Assembly: GCA_964636885.1 (NCBI GenBank)
Contig: CAZWVA010000002.1
Span: 22,050 to 86,049, forward strand
Length of the DNA: 64,000 bases
Reading direction: 5' to 3'
Source of the DNA: an uncultured Spirochaetia bacterium
Lineage (GTDB): Bacteria; Desulfobacterota_D; UBA1144; Nemesobacterales; CSP1-2
Shown: positions 19,372 to 28,669 of the stretch, piece after piece
Position numbering within the stretch: position 1 is the stretch's first letter
Layout: each line of letters begins with the position of its first letter
Made by a program: the position numbers and the translations under genes
Notes under the pieces: model-generated
Databases searched by the model: none
Seen by the model: the letters and a program-made list of their open reading frames with translations, nothing else
Told to the model about the DNA's origin: nothing

Positions 19372-19949
19372 TTCCTTTCTATCAGCTTAAACTGAGAGAC
19401 GAAGCCCTTAAAATCGTTTAACCCTCTGTCAAACCCATCTGGCGAGGAGGCGTAGGTAAGGTCGTAGGCACAGTTCCTCCTTTTCATAACAACTGTGATT
19501 AGCTTCACCGGAACGTTATCGAGATTCCCGCTATAGACGCTCTGAAGGGCCTTCTCGCCGCTAACCGTTATCTCCTCCCTCTGTAATAACTCCTTATCTG
19601 TAATCCCTATAACGAGGGATTCGGAAAGCGCCTTTAGGTTATAGCCCATGTTCTTATCGTCCTTATTACAGGTTGAATTCACCGTTATCGTTGCCCCGAC
19701 CTTACCGTTCCAGAAGGCTAGGTCTCCTCCCTTAATACTTATCCTCTTCCAGTCTCCGTCGAGTTCTCCGATTTCGTAGCTCGTGTATGGTGTTTGATAA
19801 ACCCGTCCTCTGAGCTTGCCGGGTGAAGAATCGGCCGAGGCGTAGTAACGGGCAAACTTAACAATCGAACAGGAATTAAAAAAAACGACGCCTATAGACA
19901 GTATGAGAAGGAGTCTTTTCATGATTGGGTAAAGGCTTATTTTAATCAT
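19368..19949 (-). CDS. Hypothetical lipoprotein.
   Basis: Signal peptide with lipobox (LLLILSIGVVFFNSCS). An alternative start at the internal Met gives 19922. A 4-nt overlap with mlaE. Confidence 0.5.
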   Translation of the reverse strand: MIKISLYPIMKRLLLILSIGVVFFNSCSIVKFARYYASADSSPGKLRGRVYQTPYTSYEIGELDGDWKRISIKGGDLAFWNGKVGATITVNSTCNKDDKNMGYNLKALSESLVIGITDKELLQREEITVSGEKALQSVYSGNLDNVPVKLITVVMKRRNCAYDLTYASSPDGFDRGLNDFKGFVSQFKLIERK

Positions 19950-20006
19950 AATCCATTCTAAAAACCAGGGGATTTCGGCCCGGGCTTGGGGATATGCCGT
20001 TTTTCT

Positions 20007-21014
20007 CTAAGGGTTACCCTCTAAAAAGCCGAGTAAATAATAAACGAATCCCGCTATAGAAGCCGCAGCAGGAATCGTGAAGATCCATGCCCAGACGATC
20101 CTTAAGGTTATGCCCCAACGGACTGTTGAGAGCCCTTTGGATGCCCCAACGCCTGAGATCGCTCCTGTAATCACGTGCGTCGTACTTACCGGTATGCCGA
20201 AGTGTGTGGCAAGAAAGAGGCTCACCGCACTAGCGGTTTCTGCACAAAACCCATCAATCGGCCTTAGTTTGGTTATCTTCTGACCCATGGTCTTAACGAT
20301 CCTCCAGCCTCCTATAAGGGTTCCTAGACCTATAAACGCATGGGCGCTAAGCACCACCCAGAGTGGAACCCTGAATTCGTGAATCAGGCCCGCAGAAAAC
20401 AATAAACCCGTAATTATACCCATTGTTTTTTGTGCGTCGTTACCACCGTGACCCAGGCTGTAGAGAGCGGCGGAAATGAACTGGAACCGCCTGGACCACT
20501 TATTCACAAGGGCGGGGGTTTGTTTATAGACGAGCCACGTGGCTATGATTATAAATACCAGTCCCAAGAGTAGGCCTATTGTTGGGGCAAGGAAGATGAA
20601 GACCAATGTCTTATACCAGCCGTGAGGGATGATAACGCCGACACCCGATTTCGCAATGGCCGCTCCGGCATAACCGCCTATCAGCGCGTGTGAGGAGCTT
20701 GTAGGTAATCCTAGATACCATGTGATGAGATTCCAACCAATGGCCCCGATTAATCCGGCAAAGATGACCATCGGGGTCACCGTAGTAATATCAATCAAAC
20801 CGTTTCCGACCGTTTTTGCCACAGAGGTTCCGAAGACGAGAAAGGCGATAAAGTTGAAAAAGGCAGCCCACACAACCGCCTGTTTTGGGGTCAAAACCCG
20901 GGTAGAAACGATCGTGGCAATGGAGTTTGCCGCATCGTGAATGCCGTTTGTAAAATCGAAGAGGAGGGCGATAAAGATAACGAATACGACAAAAACCAAA
21001 CTCAGGTCAAACAT
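20007..21014 (-). CDS. pit: Inorganic phosphate transporter, PiT family.
   Basis: N-terminal PiT signature 'FDFTNGIHDAANSIAT', repeated as 'GHGGNDAQKTMGII' in the second half. Confidence 0.9.
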   Translation of the reverse strand: MFDLSLVFVVFVIFIALLFDFTNGIHDAANSIATIVSTRVLTPKQAVVWAAFFNFIAFLVFGTSVAKTVGNGLIDITTVTPMVIFAGLIGAIGWNLITWYLGLPTSSSHALIGGYAGAAIAKSGVGVIIPHGWYKTLVFIFLAPTIGLLLGLVFIIIATWLVYKQTPALVNKWSRRFQFISAALYSLGHGGNDAQKTMGIITGLLFSAGLIHEFRVPLWVVLSAHAFIGLGTLIGGWRIVKTMGQKITKLRPIDGFCAETASAVSLFLATHFGIPVSTTHVITGAISGVGASKGLSTVRWGITLRIVWAWIFTIPAAASIAGFVYYLLGFLEGNP

Positions 21015-21062
21015 GCTCAGCCGTTTTCCCCTTGGAATTGAAAAAGCACCACCGAATGAGTA

Positions 21063-21686
21063 TCAGGCATTCTCAACGACTATACCTTCTAGGACGTTTG
21101 CCACATCCTCGCAACGGTCGATAGCGTCCTCGAGCGTTTCGTATATGTCTTTCCACTTTATTATATCAACCGGGTCCGAGGGTGAATTAAATAGAACCGA
21201 AAGCGCATTCCTGAAAACCCTGTCCCCTTCGTTTTCTAGCCGATTGATCTCTATACATATGTTCAAAATCGAGCTGGAATTCTTTAGGTTTCTAAGCCCG
21301 CTTATACCCTTTGCCACCTGTTCTATAGACTTCTCTAGTATATCGATTAAGGCTATAGCCTCGGGTGTTGAGGTCTTTATCTTGTAGAGAAGAGTCCTTT
21401 CACAGGCGGAATCTATTAGGTCGAGAATATCGTCCATCCTCGTTATAAGGGCGTATATGGACTCCCGGTCGATCGGCGTGACAAAGGTTTTATGCAAACT
21501 GGATACGGTTTCATGTGTTACATGATCGGCTTCATGTTCGACCTCTTTTATCTGCCTGGCCTTCTCCTCTGCATTTGTCAGGTTCTGCATCATTTCCTTA
21601 AAAAGCCTTACCCCGCGAATCATCTTCTCCGATGCCCGATCGAAGTAGTCGAAAAACCTCTCCTCTTTTGGAAAAATCCTAACCAT
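21063..21686 (-). CDS. DUF47 / PhoU-like protein (TIGR00153-type PiT partner).
   Basis: A 207-aa helical protein with PhoU-like repeats. Located immediately upstream of pit. Confidence 0.8.
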   Translation of the reverse strand: MVRIFPKEERFFDYFDRASEKMIRGVRLFKEMMQNLTNAEEKARQIKEVEHEADHVTHETVSSLHKTFVTPIDRESIYALITRMDDILDLIDSACERTLLYKIKTSTPEAIALIDILEKSIEQVAKGISGLRNLKNSSSILNICIEINRLENEGDRVFRNALSVLFNSPSDPVDIIKWKDIYETLEDAIDRCEDVANVLEGIVVENA

Positions 21687-21871
21687 AGAGCCACCTTAAT
21701 ATTTTGATTTAAAAAAAGATAGATTACTTTAGGTTGAGGTACGTTTCAACTTTACTTGAGCGGGGATTAGTACTAGGGATAAGGAAAAAAGCTCTTTAAT
21801 ATCACTCCAGAATCTAGCTTGAGTCAATAGGTTCAGACGAGCAAACAGTAAGTCGGATAAGAGGCGAGGGC

Positions 21872-21945
21872 TGGCTGGGGCGGGTGGATTCGAACCACCA
21901 TAGCGGGCTCCAAAGGCCCGAGTCCTGCCATTAGACGACGCCCCA
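21872..21945 (-). tRNA. tRNA-Gln (anticodon UUG).
   Basis: Minus strand reads UGGGGCG-UC-GUCUAAUGGCAGGAC-UCGGGC-CUUUGGA-GCCCG-CUAUG-GUGGUUCGAAUCCACC-CGCCCCA-G-CCA. A 7-bp acceptor stem, a T-loop GGUUCGAAUCC, anticodon loop CUUUGGA, and an encoded CCA. Confidence 0.85.
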
Positions 21946-22044
21946 TCGTATCCGAGTGAGTTTAGCCTAATAAACCGCTAAAAGATGAGATTAACGTCTA
22001 GCATATTACCAATCTTTTCCCTTCGAGGCAAACGAAAAAGGGCT

Positions 22045-22911
22045 CTAAACCAGCCTGTGCCATCCGGAGATCCCTTGGACGAAAAATACCTTAAGTGTAT
22101 CGCTGTCCTTCATATAATCATAGATCGTCCTAGCCTTCTTCCAATCTCTGAAAACCCCAAATACCGTAGGGCCGCTTCCCGTCATTGATACCGCTTGGGC
22201 TCCCATAGAGATCAGCCTCTCCTTTAGATCCATTATCTCCGGATAGAGGATCGTGGCCGCCCTTTCCAGATCGTTCCTCAGGGGGAACATTCCCCGCTTA
22301 AAAAGAGAAAGAGTTTCCTCCAAGCCGACGTGTGTTATATCTTCTCTCCCTACTTCATCCCAGAGTTCGTAGACCCTATTCGTTGGCACCTGAAACCCAG
22401 GGTTTATGAGAACGTAATAGAAAAGGGGAAAGTCCCTTATCAGGGTGACCCTTTCTCCTATTCCCTGAACCACCCCGCTTCTACAATGAATAAAAAAGGC
22501 AACATCGGCCCCTATTCTCGGAGAAAGTGTTATAAGCTCATCTTTGCTCAGGCTCCCTGTAAGCCTATTCATGCCCACGAGAACAGCCGAGGCGTTGCCG
22601 CTTCCACCGCCTAGTCCCGCACCCACCGGGATTCTCTTCTTTATGGAGATCCTGACCTTGAGTTTGAGTCCGATCTCATTGATGAAGATATGGGCCGCCT
22701 TCCAGGCGAGGTTACGCTCCCCAAGGGGAACATCAAAGCCCGTGGATTCAACCTCTATCCCCTCGCCCTCTTCGAGCTCTATTGTCATTTCATCAAACAG
22801 GTTTACCGGTTGTATGATTGACCTGATCTCGTGATAGCCATCTGGCCTTTTTCCGAGGATCTCAAGGGTCAGGTTGATTTTTGCCGGAGAGAGAAGGGTT
22901 ATGGATTTCAT
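22045..22911 (-). CDS. ispE: 4-diphosphocytidyl-2-C-methyl-D-erythritol kinase.
   Basis: GHMP kinase motifs (KINLTLEILGKRPDGYHEI; PVGAGLGGGSGNASA). Confidence 0.9.
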   Translation of the reverse strand: MKSITLLSPAKINLTLEILGKRPDGYHEIRSIIQPVNLFDEMTIELEEGEGIEVESTGFDVPLGERNLAWKAAHIFINEIGLKLKVRISIKKRIPVGAGLGGGSGNASAVLVGMNRLTGSLSKDELITLSPRIGADVAFFIHCRSGVVQGIGERVTLIRDFPLFYYVLINPGFQVPTNRVYELWDEVGREDITHVGLEETLSLFKRGMFPLRNDLERAATILYPEIMDLKERLISMGAQAVSMTGSGPTVFGVFRDWKKARTIYDYMKDSDTLKVFFVQGISGWHRLV

Positions 22912-22991
22912 AATAGTATTTATATTACCCGAATTTACAAGAGAAGGGCCTCCATGAAAAGGATAAATACCGATTTAAGCCTTATTATCTT

Positions 22992-23726
22992 TTACGGTTT
23001 TTTTCCTTTATCGTCCAGGGAAAAGTCAAGAGACATCTTAAGCCCCCTTAGGTTCGTCTCTGCACTAAGCAATCTATCATCGTCATTTTGGAATCTGAAT
23101 CCCATCACAAGCTTGAACCCACCGCCATTTGACCCGGATTCTTCTTCCAGGCTGTAGAGATAGGTAAAAACCGCCGTATGTCCCGAATCCTGGATGGAAA
23201 AGGGGGCTCCAAGAACGGATACGACCTGTCCCTTCCTTGGAATCTCAAGTGAATCCTTTGCTTGAAACCTAGAACCCGCTCTCCGGTCCGACCTATCTAT
23301 CTCCGCACTACCCATAGAGGTAAACATCTTGATAAGGAGAGGTTTGGAAACATACCTGAGAAAACGCTCTGGAAACGTTATCTCTACTAGCTTGCCCTCT
23401 TTAAAGAGCATGAGAATAGGGATATCGAATCTGTCGTCCTCGCCCTTCTTTTCGGAGGGATACTCCTTCCTTAAAACGTATTTCCACAACTCCCCCCCGT
23501 CCTCTTTCTTCTTGGAAAGAGGAGCGCTCTCCATAAGCCACAAGATATCGCCCGTTAGGAGAACGGGCCTTAGGAATACCAGGGTGAGGCCGCCATCATC
23601 TTTAATCCGAAAATAGCCGTTGAACGAGGACAGCTGGTTCTTAACCTGTAGGAGCCTAAGATAAACACAACCGGTGGTTGAAATGACTAGGAATAAGAGT
23701 CCTATGTATAGGGATCTTCTTTTCAA
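22992..23726 (-). CDS. Hypothetical lipoprotein located upstream of ispE.
   Basis: Signal peptide and lipobox (LLFLVISTTGC). No recognisable domain. Confidence 0.45.
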   Translation of the reverse strand: MKRRSLYIGLLFLVISTTGCVYLRLLQVKNQLSSFNGYFRIKDDGGLTLVFLRPVLLTGDILWLMESAPLSKKKEDGGELWKYVLRKEYPSEKKGEDDRFDIPILMLFKEGKLVEITFPERFLRYVSKPLLIKMFTSMGSAEIDRSDRRAGSRFQAKDSLEIPRKGQVVSVLGAPFSIQDSGHTAVFTYLYSLEEESGSNGGGFKLVMGFRFQNDDDRLLSAETNLRGLKMSLDFSLDDKGKKP

Positions 23727-23870
23727 CTTTACCTTACCAGCTAAACTCTCTAAAACTTACCAGCATGGGGAGGGTATTTTCAACGGTTATCTAGTGGCCT
23801 GATTAGGGTGTTTGAGCATTCCATCCGGTGGCTGTATATTTATTGGTAACCCGTGGATTAAGGAGGAGAG

Positions 23871-24431
23871 ATGGGTAGAATAGGTTTACTAGGTATCGCG
23901 CCTATAGCGGTTATTTTTTTCCTCATACCGGGGTTAGGTATCACACAGATGACCGAAGGAACGGGGGCTGTCAATCGGGGCTCCGAGACAACCGTTCAGG
24001 GCACTCAAAACCAACCGAATGCTCCCTATATAGACAGTTCTGGCATAGTCTATCCTAGAGAGAACCTCGATCCCTTTGGATTGTCTACGATAGGGGAAAG
24101 TACGGAGTCGGGGCAAAGGGAGGCGGGAAGTACTTTTGGCAGGGAAACGAAGCGTAAGAGTAACCTGGAGGTAAATAAGCCAAGGGGAAAGGAGAAGGGC
24201 GAAGAAACGACGGCGGAAGAGGGTGCTCCTTCTACTGAAAGAGAGGCAGGCTCCGAGCCCGTTGAGGGTGGATATACCACCCCGGGTAAAAGGGGTGTTC
24301 TCTACACTTGGCGTGACGAAAAAGGGGTGGTACATGTAACAAACGACCTGGGCTCCGTTCCTCCAAAGTATCAGGATCAGATGCTAAAGGGGTATGAAGA
24401 AACCGGGGGTAAAGGATCCTCCAAGCCTTAA
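23871..24431 (+). CDS. DUF4124-domain protein.
   Basis: N-terminal transmembrane/signal segment. Low-complexity Gly/Glu/Thr linker. C-terminal 'YTWRDEKGVVHVTNDLGSVPPKY' matching the DUF4124 hallmark (YxWxDxxGxxHxSD). Confidence 0.55.
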   Translation: MGRIGLLGIAPIAVIFFLIPGLGITQMTEGTGAVNRGSETTVQGTQNQPNAPYIDSSGIVYPRENLDPFGLSTIGESTESGQREAGSTFGRETKRKSNLEVNKPRGKEKGEETTAEEGAPSTEREAGSEPVEGGYTTPGKRGVLYTWRDEKGVVHVTNDLGSVPPKYQDQMLKGYEETGGKGSSKP

Positions 24432-24463
24432 AAACCGCATAGGATCCAAGACGCCTCTCGTTT

Positions 24464-24733
24464 TTATTGTTCTTTCTTTCCATTATTGGATCCTTTCATT
24501 CTTTCTTCCAGGTTGTCCAGCCTGCCGGAAAGCCTTTTGAGTTGCCCCTCAATCGTATGAAGAGAGTCGTTTACCGTGTCTATCCTTTTAAGGAGAAGAA
24601 GACCCATTACGATTATAGGGATCAATATGAATATGATATGGAACCAATATCCAGCCCCCTGAGGCCCGGCGGCGCAACCATTAAGGGCCAATCCCGTAAG
24701 GATTATTGGGATTTCGCTTATAAAAGCCTTCAT
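24464..24733 (-). CDS. Hypothetical small membrane protein with a C-terminal coiled coil.
   Basis: One clear transmembrane helix (IIFILIPIIVMGLLLL) plus a heptad-like tail. Weak support. Confidence 0.3.
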   Translation of the reverse strand: MKAFISEIPIILTGLALNGCAAGPQGAGYWFHIIFILIPIIVMGLLLLKRIDTVNDSLHTIEGQLKRLSGRLDNLEERMKGSNNGKKEQ

Positions 24734-24745
24734 CTCTTTACCCTC

Positions 24746-25366
24746 CTATAGGCATTGTTTCTCGATCTTCCTAAACCTGATGTAATAGATTTCTCTTCCC
24801 TCTTCCCTAAATCCCATCTCGTATTTTGTCATGGGTCTATCGGGCAGGCTTTTTAAATAACCGGGCGGTGGAAAATCGCTCTTAAAAATCCCCGTATTCT
24901 CAAGTGCCTGCAGGGTATGAGAGATGTACTCCTTATGATCGCTTGCAATCTCAAGGGCGGCTCCCGGTTTCATTACGTCTGAAAGACTCTTTAAAAAAGC
25001 GTGGTTTATAATCCTGTGCTTCTTGTGTCGATCCTTGGGCCATGGGTCGGGAAAATTTATGTAGACCAGACTGAATGTATCCCTGGGAAAAACCTCTTCT
25101 ACGGCGATCTTCGCATCCATATGAAGGAACCTGACGTTTTTGATGTTTCCCCTCTCCGCCTTTTTTACCGCCTTTTCGAATCTTTTTCTTTTAATCTCGA
25201 TCCCGATGAAATTCCACTCTCTCTCCCTTATTGCCATCTCGATTATAAAACCGCCGTCTCCAAATCCAATCTCGAGTGCCGCTTTCCCCTCATTACCGAA
25301 TACCCTTGATATGTCAATGGGGAGGTGGTATTCCGTGATATCCAGGATAAGAGATGAGGTGCTCAT
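24746..25366 (-). CDS. trmB: tRNA (guanine-N7)-methyltransferase.
   Basis: SAM-binding motif LEIGFGDGGF and the TrmB signature 'VYINFPDPWPKDRHKKHRI'. Confidence 0.9.
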   Translation of the reverse strand: MSTSSLILDITEYHLPIDISRVFGNEGKAALEIGFGDGGFIIEMAIREREWNFIGIEIKRKRFEKAVKKAERGNIKNVRFLHMDAKIAVEEVFPRDTFSLVYINFPDPWPKDRHKKHRIINHAFLKSLSDVMKPGAALEIASDHKEYISHTLQALENTGIFKSDFPPPGYLKSLPDRPMTKYEMGFREEGREIYYIRFRKIEKQCL

Positions 25367-25401
25367 ATCGATTGGATTAAAGGATAGCCATTATATTACG
25401 C

Positions 25402-26502
25402 CTATATGCCGAGAATACTGGATATCAATCCCTCTTCGACCCTTATCCCGTAGCTTCCGTCGATCTCGGCCATATCCCCTAGCCTCTTTGGTAGAACCAT
25501 CTCTATCTTTCCACTCCTTGCCTTTTTATCGAGCTTCATCGTCTCTATAATGCGGTCTACGTTTAATGAGGAGGGAAACTCAGTTGGGAGCCCGGCTTTC
25601 TTAAGAAGGGAGGTCAACCTGTTGAATTCCCCCCTCTTCCATAAACCCATCTCCAAGGCTATTTTCCCTTCCGCCACCATACCTATGGATATCGCCCTTC
25701 CGTGCGATACCCTGTAATCGGATAGGCTCTCAACAGCATGTCCAATCGTGTGACCGAAGTTTAGTATCTTTCTGAGATTGGATTCCTTCTCGTCGAGTTC
25801 CACTATCTTCCCCTTTATCTCGCAACTCCTCTTTATAATATGGGTTAGGACGTCTGTGTCAAAGGAGAATACGAGAGTAACGTTTTCCTCAAGAAACCCA
25901 AACAGCTCCTCGTCCCTTATCACGCCGTATTTTATTACCTCTGCAAGGCCCTCTCTTATCTCACTCTCTGGCAGTGTTCCCAGGGTTCTAACATCTATAT
26001 AAACCCCCTTGGGTTGATGAAAAGCCCCTATCAGGTTCTTTCCATAAGGGGTGTCAACGGCCGTTTTTCCGCCGATCGAACTATCCACGCAGGCTACAAG
26101 CGTAGTTGGAACCTGAACGTATGGAATCCCTCTGTTGTAGGTTGCCGCAACGAACCCGGCGACGTCCCCAACCACTCCACCGCCTAGTGCGATCACAGCA
26201 GAGTCCCTTCCCATCTTGAGTCTTAACATCTCGTCTTCAAGCATGGCCTTGGTTTCCCTGTTCTTGTGCTCTTCTCCGGCAGGAAAGGGGATGAGATGGG
26301 CTTTAAGGTCTTGACGCTTAAATCCCTTAAGAAGTTTCTCCCCGTAAAGGTGGGCAACGGTTGAGTCCGTTATTATCACATACGAGTGGGCCAGCCTCTC
26401 CTTCTTTAGATCGAGGGGAATTCGATTGAGTAGTCCCTCTCCTATCAATATATCGTATGACTCGTCCTCTGTTTTCTTAAGATCGATCTTTACCCTCTCC
26501 AT
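25402..26502 (-). CDS. aroB: 3-dehydroquinate synthase.
   Basis: NAD-binding motif GGGVVGDVAGFVAATYNRGIPYVQVPTTL. Metal-binding His residues (HTIGHAVE). Confidence 0.9.
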   Translation of the reverse strand: MERVKIDLKKTEDESYDILIGEGLLNRIPLDLKKERLAHSYVIITDSTVAHLYGEKLLKGFKRQDLKAHLIPFPAGEEHKNRETKAMLEDEMLRLKMGRDSAVIALGGGVVGDVAGFVAATYNRGIPYVQVPTTLVACVDSSIGGKTAVDTPYGKNLIGAFHQPKGVYIDVRTLGTLPESEIREGLAEVIKYGVIRDEELFGFLEENVTLVFSFDTDVLTHIIKRSCEIKGKIVELDEKESNLRKILNFGHTIGHAVESLSDYRVSHGRAISIGMVAEGKIALEMGLWKRGEFNRLTSLLKKAGLPTEFPSSLNVDRIIETMKLDKKARSGKIEMVLPKRLGDMAEIDGSYGIRVEEGLISSILGI

Positions 26503-26662
26503 TTGCCTGTCCTGTTCTGGTTGCTTAAAATGAGTAGTTTCTAACTCCTTGCCTCTAAATGAGGTATCTCTACCTTTGAACCCGCTTCCAGTTTTATGTC
26601 GTTTGGCTCATCCGAGTCATAGACCCCTCTGTCGATTATGTATCCCCTGTTATCCTCTATCC

Positions 26663-26794
26663 TTAAGTGCCATTGTCGTTTGGGTATCTTTTTAGATCTT
26701 TGATGAGCGTTTTTTCTAAAGCCTTAGTCCGTTCTTGCATTTGCTTCTTGTCTAGATGGGCAAAGGGGTTAAATATGGCGCCGATTAGTTTCAT
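26663..26794 (-). CDS. Small 43-aa ORF (MKLIGAIFNPFAHLDKKQMQERTKALEKTLIKDLKRYPNDNGT) translationally coupled to apt.
   Basis: Its ATG overlaps the apt stop (ATGA). Found by manual translation. Below the ORF-track size cutoff. No family recognised. Confidence 0.25.
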   Translation of the reverse strand: MKLIGAIFNPFAHLDKKQMQERTKALEKTLIKDLKRYPNDNGT

Positions 26795-27312
26795 ACCGGA
26801 AACTCTAGGATAGACCAGACGGGATAGGGCTTTAGCCTCTCTCTGCCCTTAAGCTCTGTGAGTTCAACGAGGAATGAGTACCCGACTATCTCTCCACCCA
26901 GCTTCCTTACGAGATTGCCTACGGCCGCCGCTGTTCCACCCGTTGCGAGAAGGTCGTCCACCAAAACGACCCTGCTCCCACCCGAGATCGCATCTCTATG
27001 GACCTCAAGGACGTCTTTTCCGTATTCAAGATCATAAGAGGCATTTATGGTCTCATAGGGTAGCTTTCCCAGCTTCCTTATAATCACAAGACCCGTTCCC
27101 AGTTTGTACGCAAGGGCCGAGGCGAATATGAATCCCCTTGCCTCCACACCGATCAGGTATTCCACGCCCTTACCGTCTATCGTTTCGGCCATCCTATCTA
27201 TGGCGTTTCTGAATGCCTTTGGGTTTTGGAGAAGGGGGGTAATATCGTGAAATATTATTCCTTCCTTTGGAAAATTCGGTATGTCCCTTATATAGCTTTT
27301 TAGGTCTTCCAT
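26791..27312 (-). CDS. apt: Adenine phosphoribosyltransferase.
   Basis: PRTase motif 'VVLVDDLLATGGTAAAV'. Confidence 0.9.
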   Translation of the reverse strand: MEDLKSYIRDIPNFPKEGIIFHDITPLLQNPKAFRNAIDRMAETIDGKGVEYLIGVEARGFIFASALAYKLGTGLVIIRKLGKLPYETINASYDLEYGKDVLEVHRDAISGGSRVVLVDDLLATGGTAAAVGNLVRKLGGEIVGYSFLVELTELKGRERLKPYPVWSILEFPV

Positions 27313-27322
27313 GTTTTTCTCC

Positions 27323-27982
27323 CTATGGCAGATACTTTATCGGATCTACCGGTTTTCCTCCTTTTCTGATCTCAAAGTGGACGTGTGAACCACTGGCGTT
27401 TCCACTTGATCCAACCTCGGCTATAACCTCCCCTGCTTTTACACACTCACCCGCTTTTACGAGGTTTTTCTCGTTGTGGGCATAAACCGTCCTTATTCCG
27501 TCCCCGTGTTCTATGATTACAATTTTCCCATACCTTGAGTATCCGTCAAGGCTCTTTCCACTTACAACAACAAGACCCCCCGCTACGGCTTTAATTGGGG
27601 TTCCCTTAGGGGCGGGTATATCTATACCCGAGTGAAAATGTCTCCATCCTCTTTTCCCGAATCTCGATGAAACTCCGCCCCTTACCGGCCATATTAGGCT
27701 TGAAACACTACGTCTGGGAATGATTATCTTTTGACCGGTAGAGACCCGTGAGGGGTCGTCGATGCCGTTTACCCTTACGATCTCTTCCAGGCTAACACCG
27801 TAGGTTTTTGATATTCTATATAGGGTCTCTCCCTTCTGGACTACATGGTAGGCCTCTTTCTCGGGGAATGAGTGGTTTTTCCCGATGCACCTCTCCAGAT
27901 CCATCTTAATAATAGGGGTTGGAGGAACCGTGGTGGGACGCTTCGTACAGGCCTCACTAAAGCCGAGGACCAGAGAGAGCAA
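27323..27982 (-). CDS. M23-family metallopeptidase with an N-terminal LysM domain.
   Basis: LysM domain (YHVVQKGETLYRISKTYGVSLEEIVRVNGI). M23 motifs (HSGIDI; HVHFEI). Confidence 0.85.
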   Translation of the reverse strand: MLSLVLGFSEACTKRPTTVPPTPIIKMDLERCIGKNHSFPEKEAYHVVQKGETLYRISKTYGVSLEEIVRVNGIDDPSRVSTGQKIIIPRRSVSSLIWPVRGGVSSRFGKRGWRHFHSGIDIPAPKGTPIKAVAGGLVVVSGKSLDGYSRYGKIVIIEHGDGIRTVYAHNEKNLVKAGECVKAGEVIAEVGSSGNASGSHVHFEIRKGGKPVDPIKYLP

Positions 27983-28418
27983 AAGCCAAGCCCACAGCCT
28001 CTTTGGGAGTTGTGACTCTTCTAATCTCAGGCGACACCTCCCATGTACTTATTCCAATAACCGGAATCTCTAATTTTAAGGCAAAGGCGATTTCTGAAAG
28101 CGTCCCGTAGCCTCCGCCTATCGCAATTATAGCATCGCTTGAGCGAACGACTATTATGTTTCTCGCATGGCTCATTCCAGTAATCACTGGGATGTCGACA
28201 TAGGGATTGGCATCGGATTTACTAAAGCCCGGTATTATTCCTATTGTGAGTCCACCCTCTGATTTTGCTCCCCGGCAGGCGGCCTCCATTACCCCTCCGA
28301 GTCCGCCACAGATAAGAACCCCGCCTCTTTTGGCTATTTCTTTTCCCGTCTCCTCCGCTGTCTTACACTCGTCAACTGAGGCGCGATCTCCGCCTATAAC
28401 GCCTATAATGGTTTTCAT
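27957..28418 (-). CDS. LOG/TIGR00725-family Rossmann-fold nucleotide-binding protein.
   Basis: Motifs 'IGVIGG', 'GGLGGVMEAACRGA' and 'IAIGGGYGTLSEI', typical of the LOG / lysine-decarboxylase-like family. Overlaps the peptidase gene by 26 nt. Confidence 0.7.
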   Translation of the reverse strand: MKTIIGVIGGDRASVDECKTAEETGKEIAKRGGVLICGGLGGVMEAACRGAKSEGGLTIGIIPGFSKSDANPYVDIPVITGMSHARNIIVVRSSDAIIAIGGGYGTLSEIAFALKLEIPVIGISTWEVSPEIRRVTTPKEAVGLAFALSGPRL

Positions 28419-28669
28419 CGATTTTCTCTTTATTGCTCATAGTATAGCAGAATCATGGGTTATTATGTCCTCTAGTTTACATCCGTTTCTTTATTGATGG
28501 TATAGGTGTATATTCCCACGGGGCCTATACTATAGTCTAGGCCGGTTTCGATTTCCATTAAAGCGCTCCTCGACAAATCAAGAACCAAAAGAGCGTAAGG
28601 AAAGTTAATCTCTTACCTGTGCCGTATCTGGTTTTAGCTTGGTGAATGACCCCTTTTTAGGTTGTGTTT

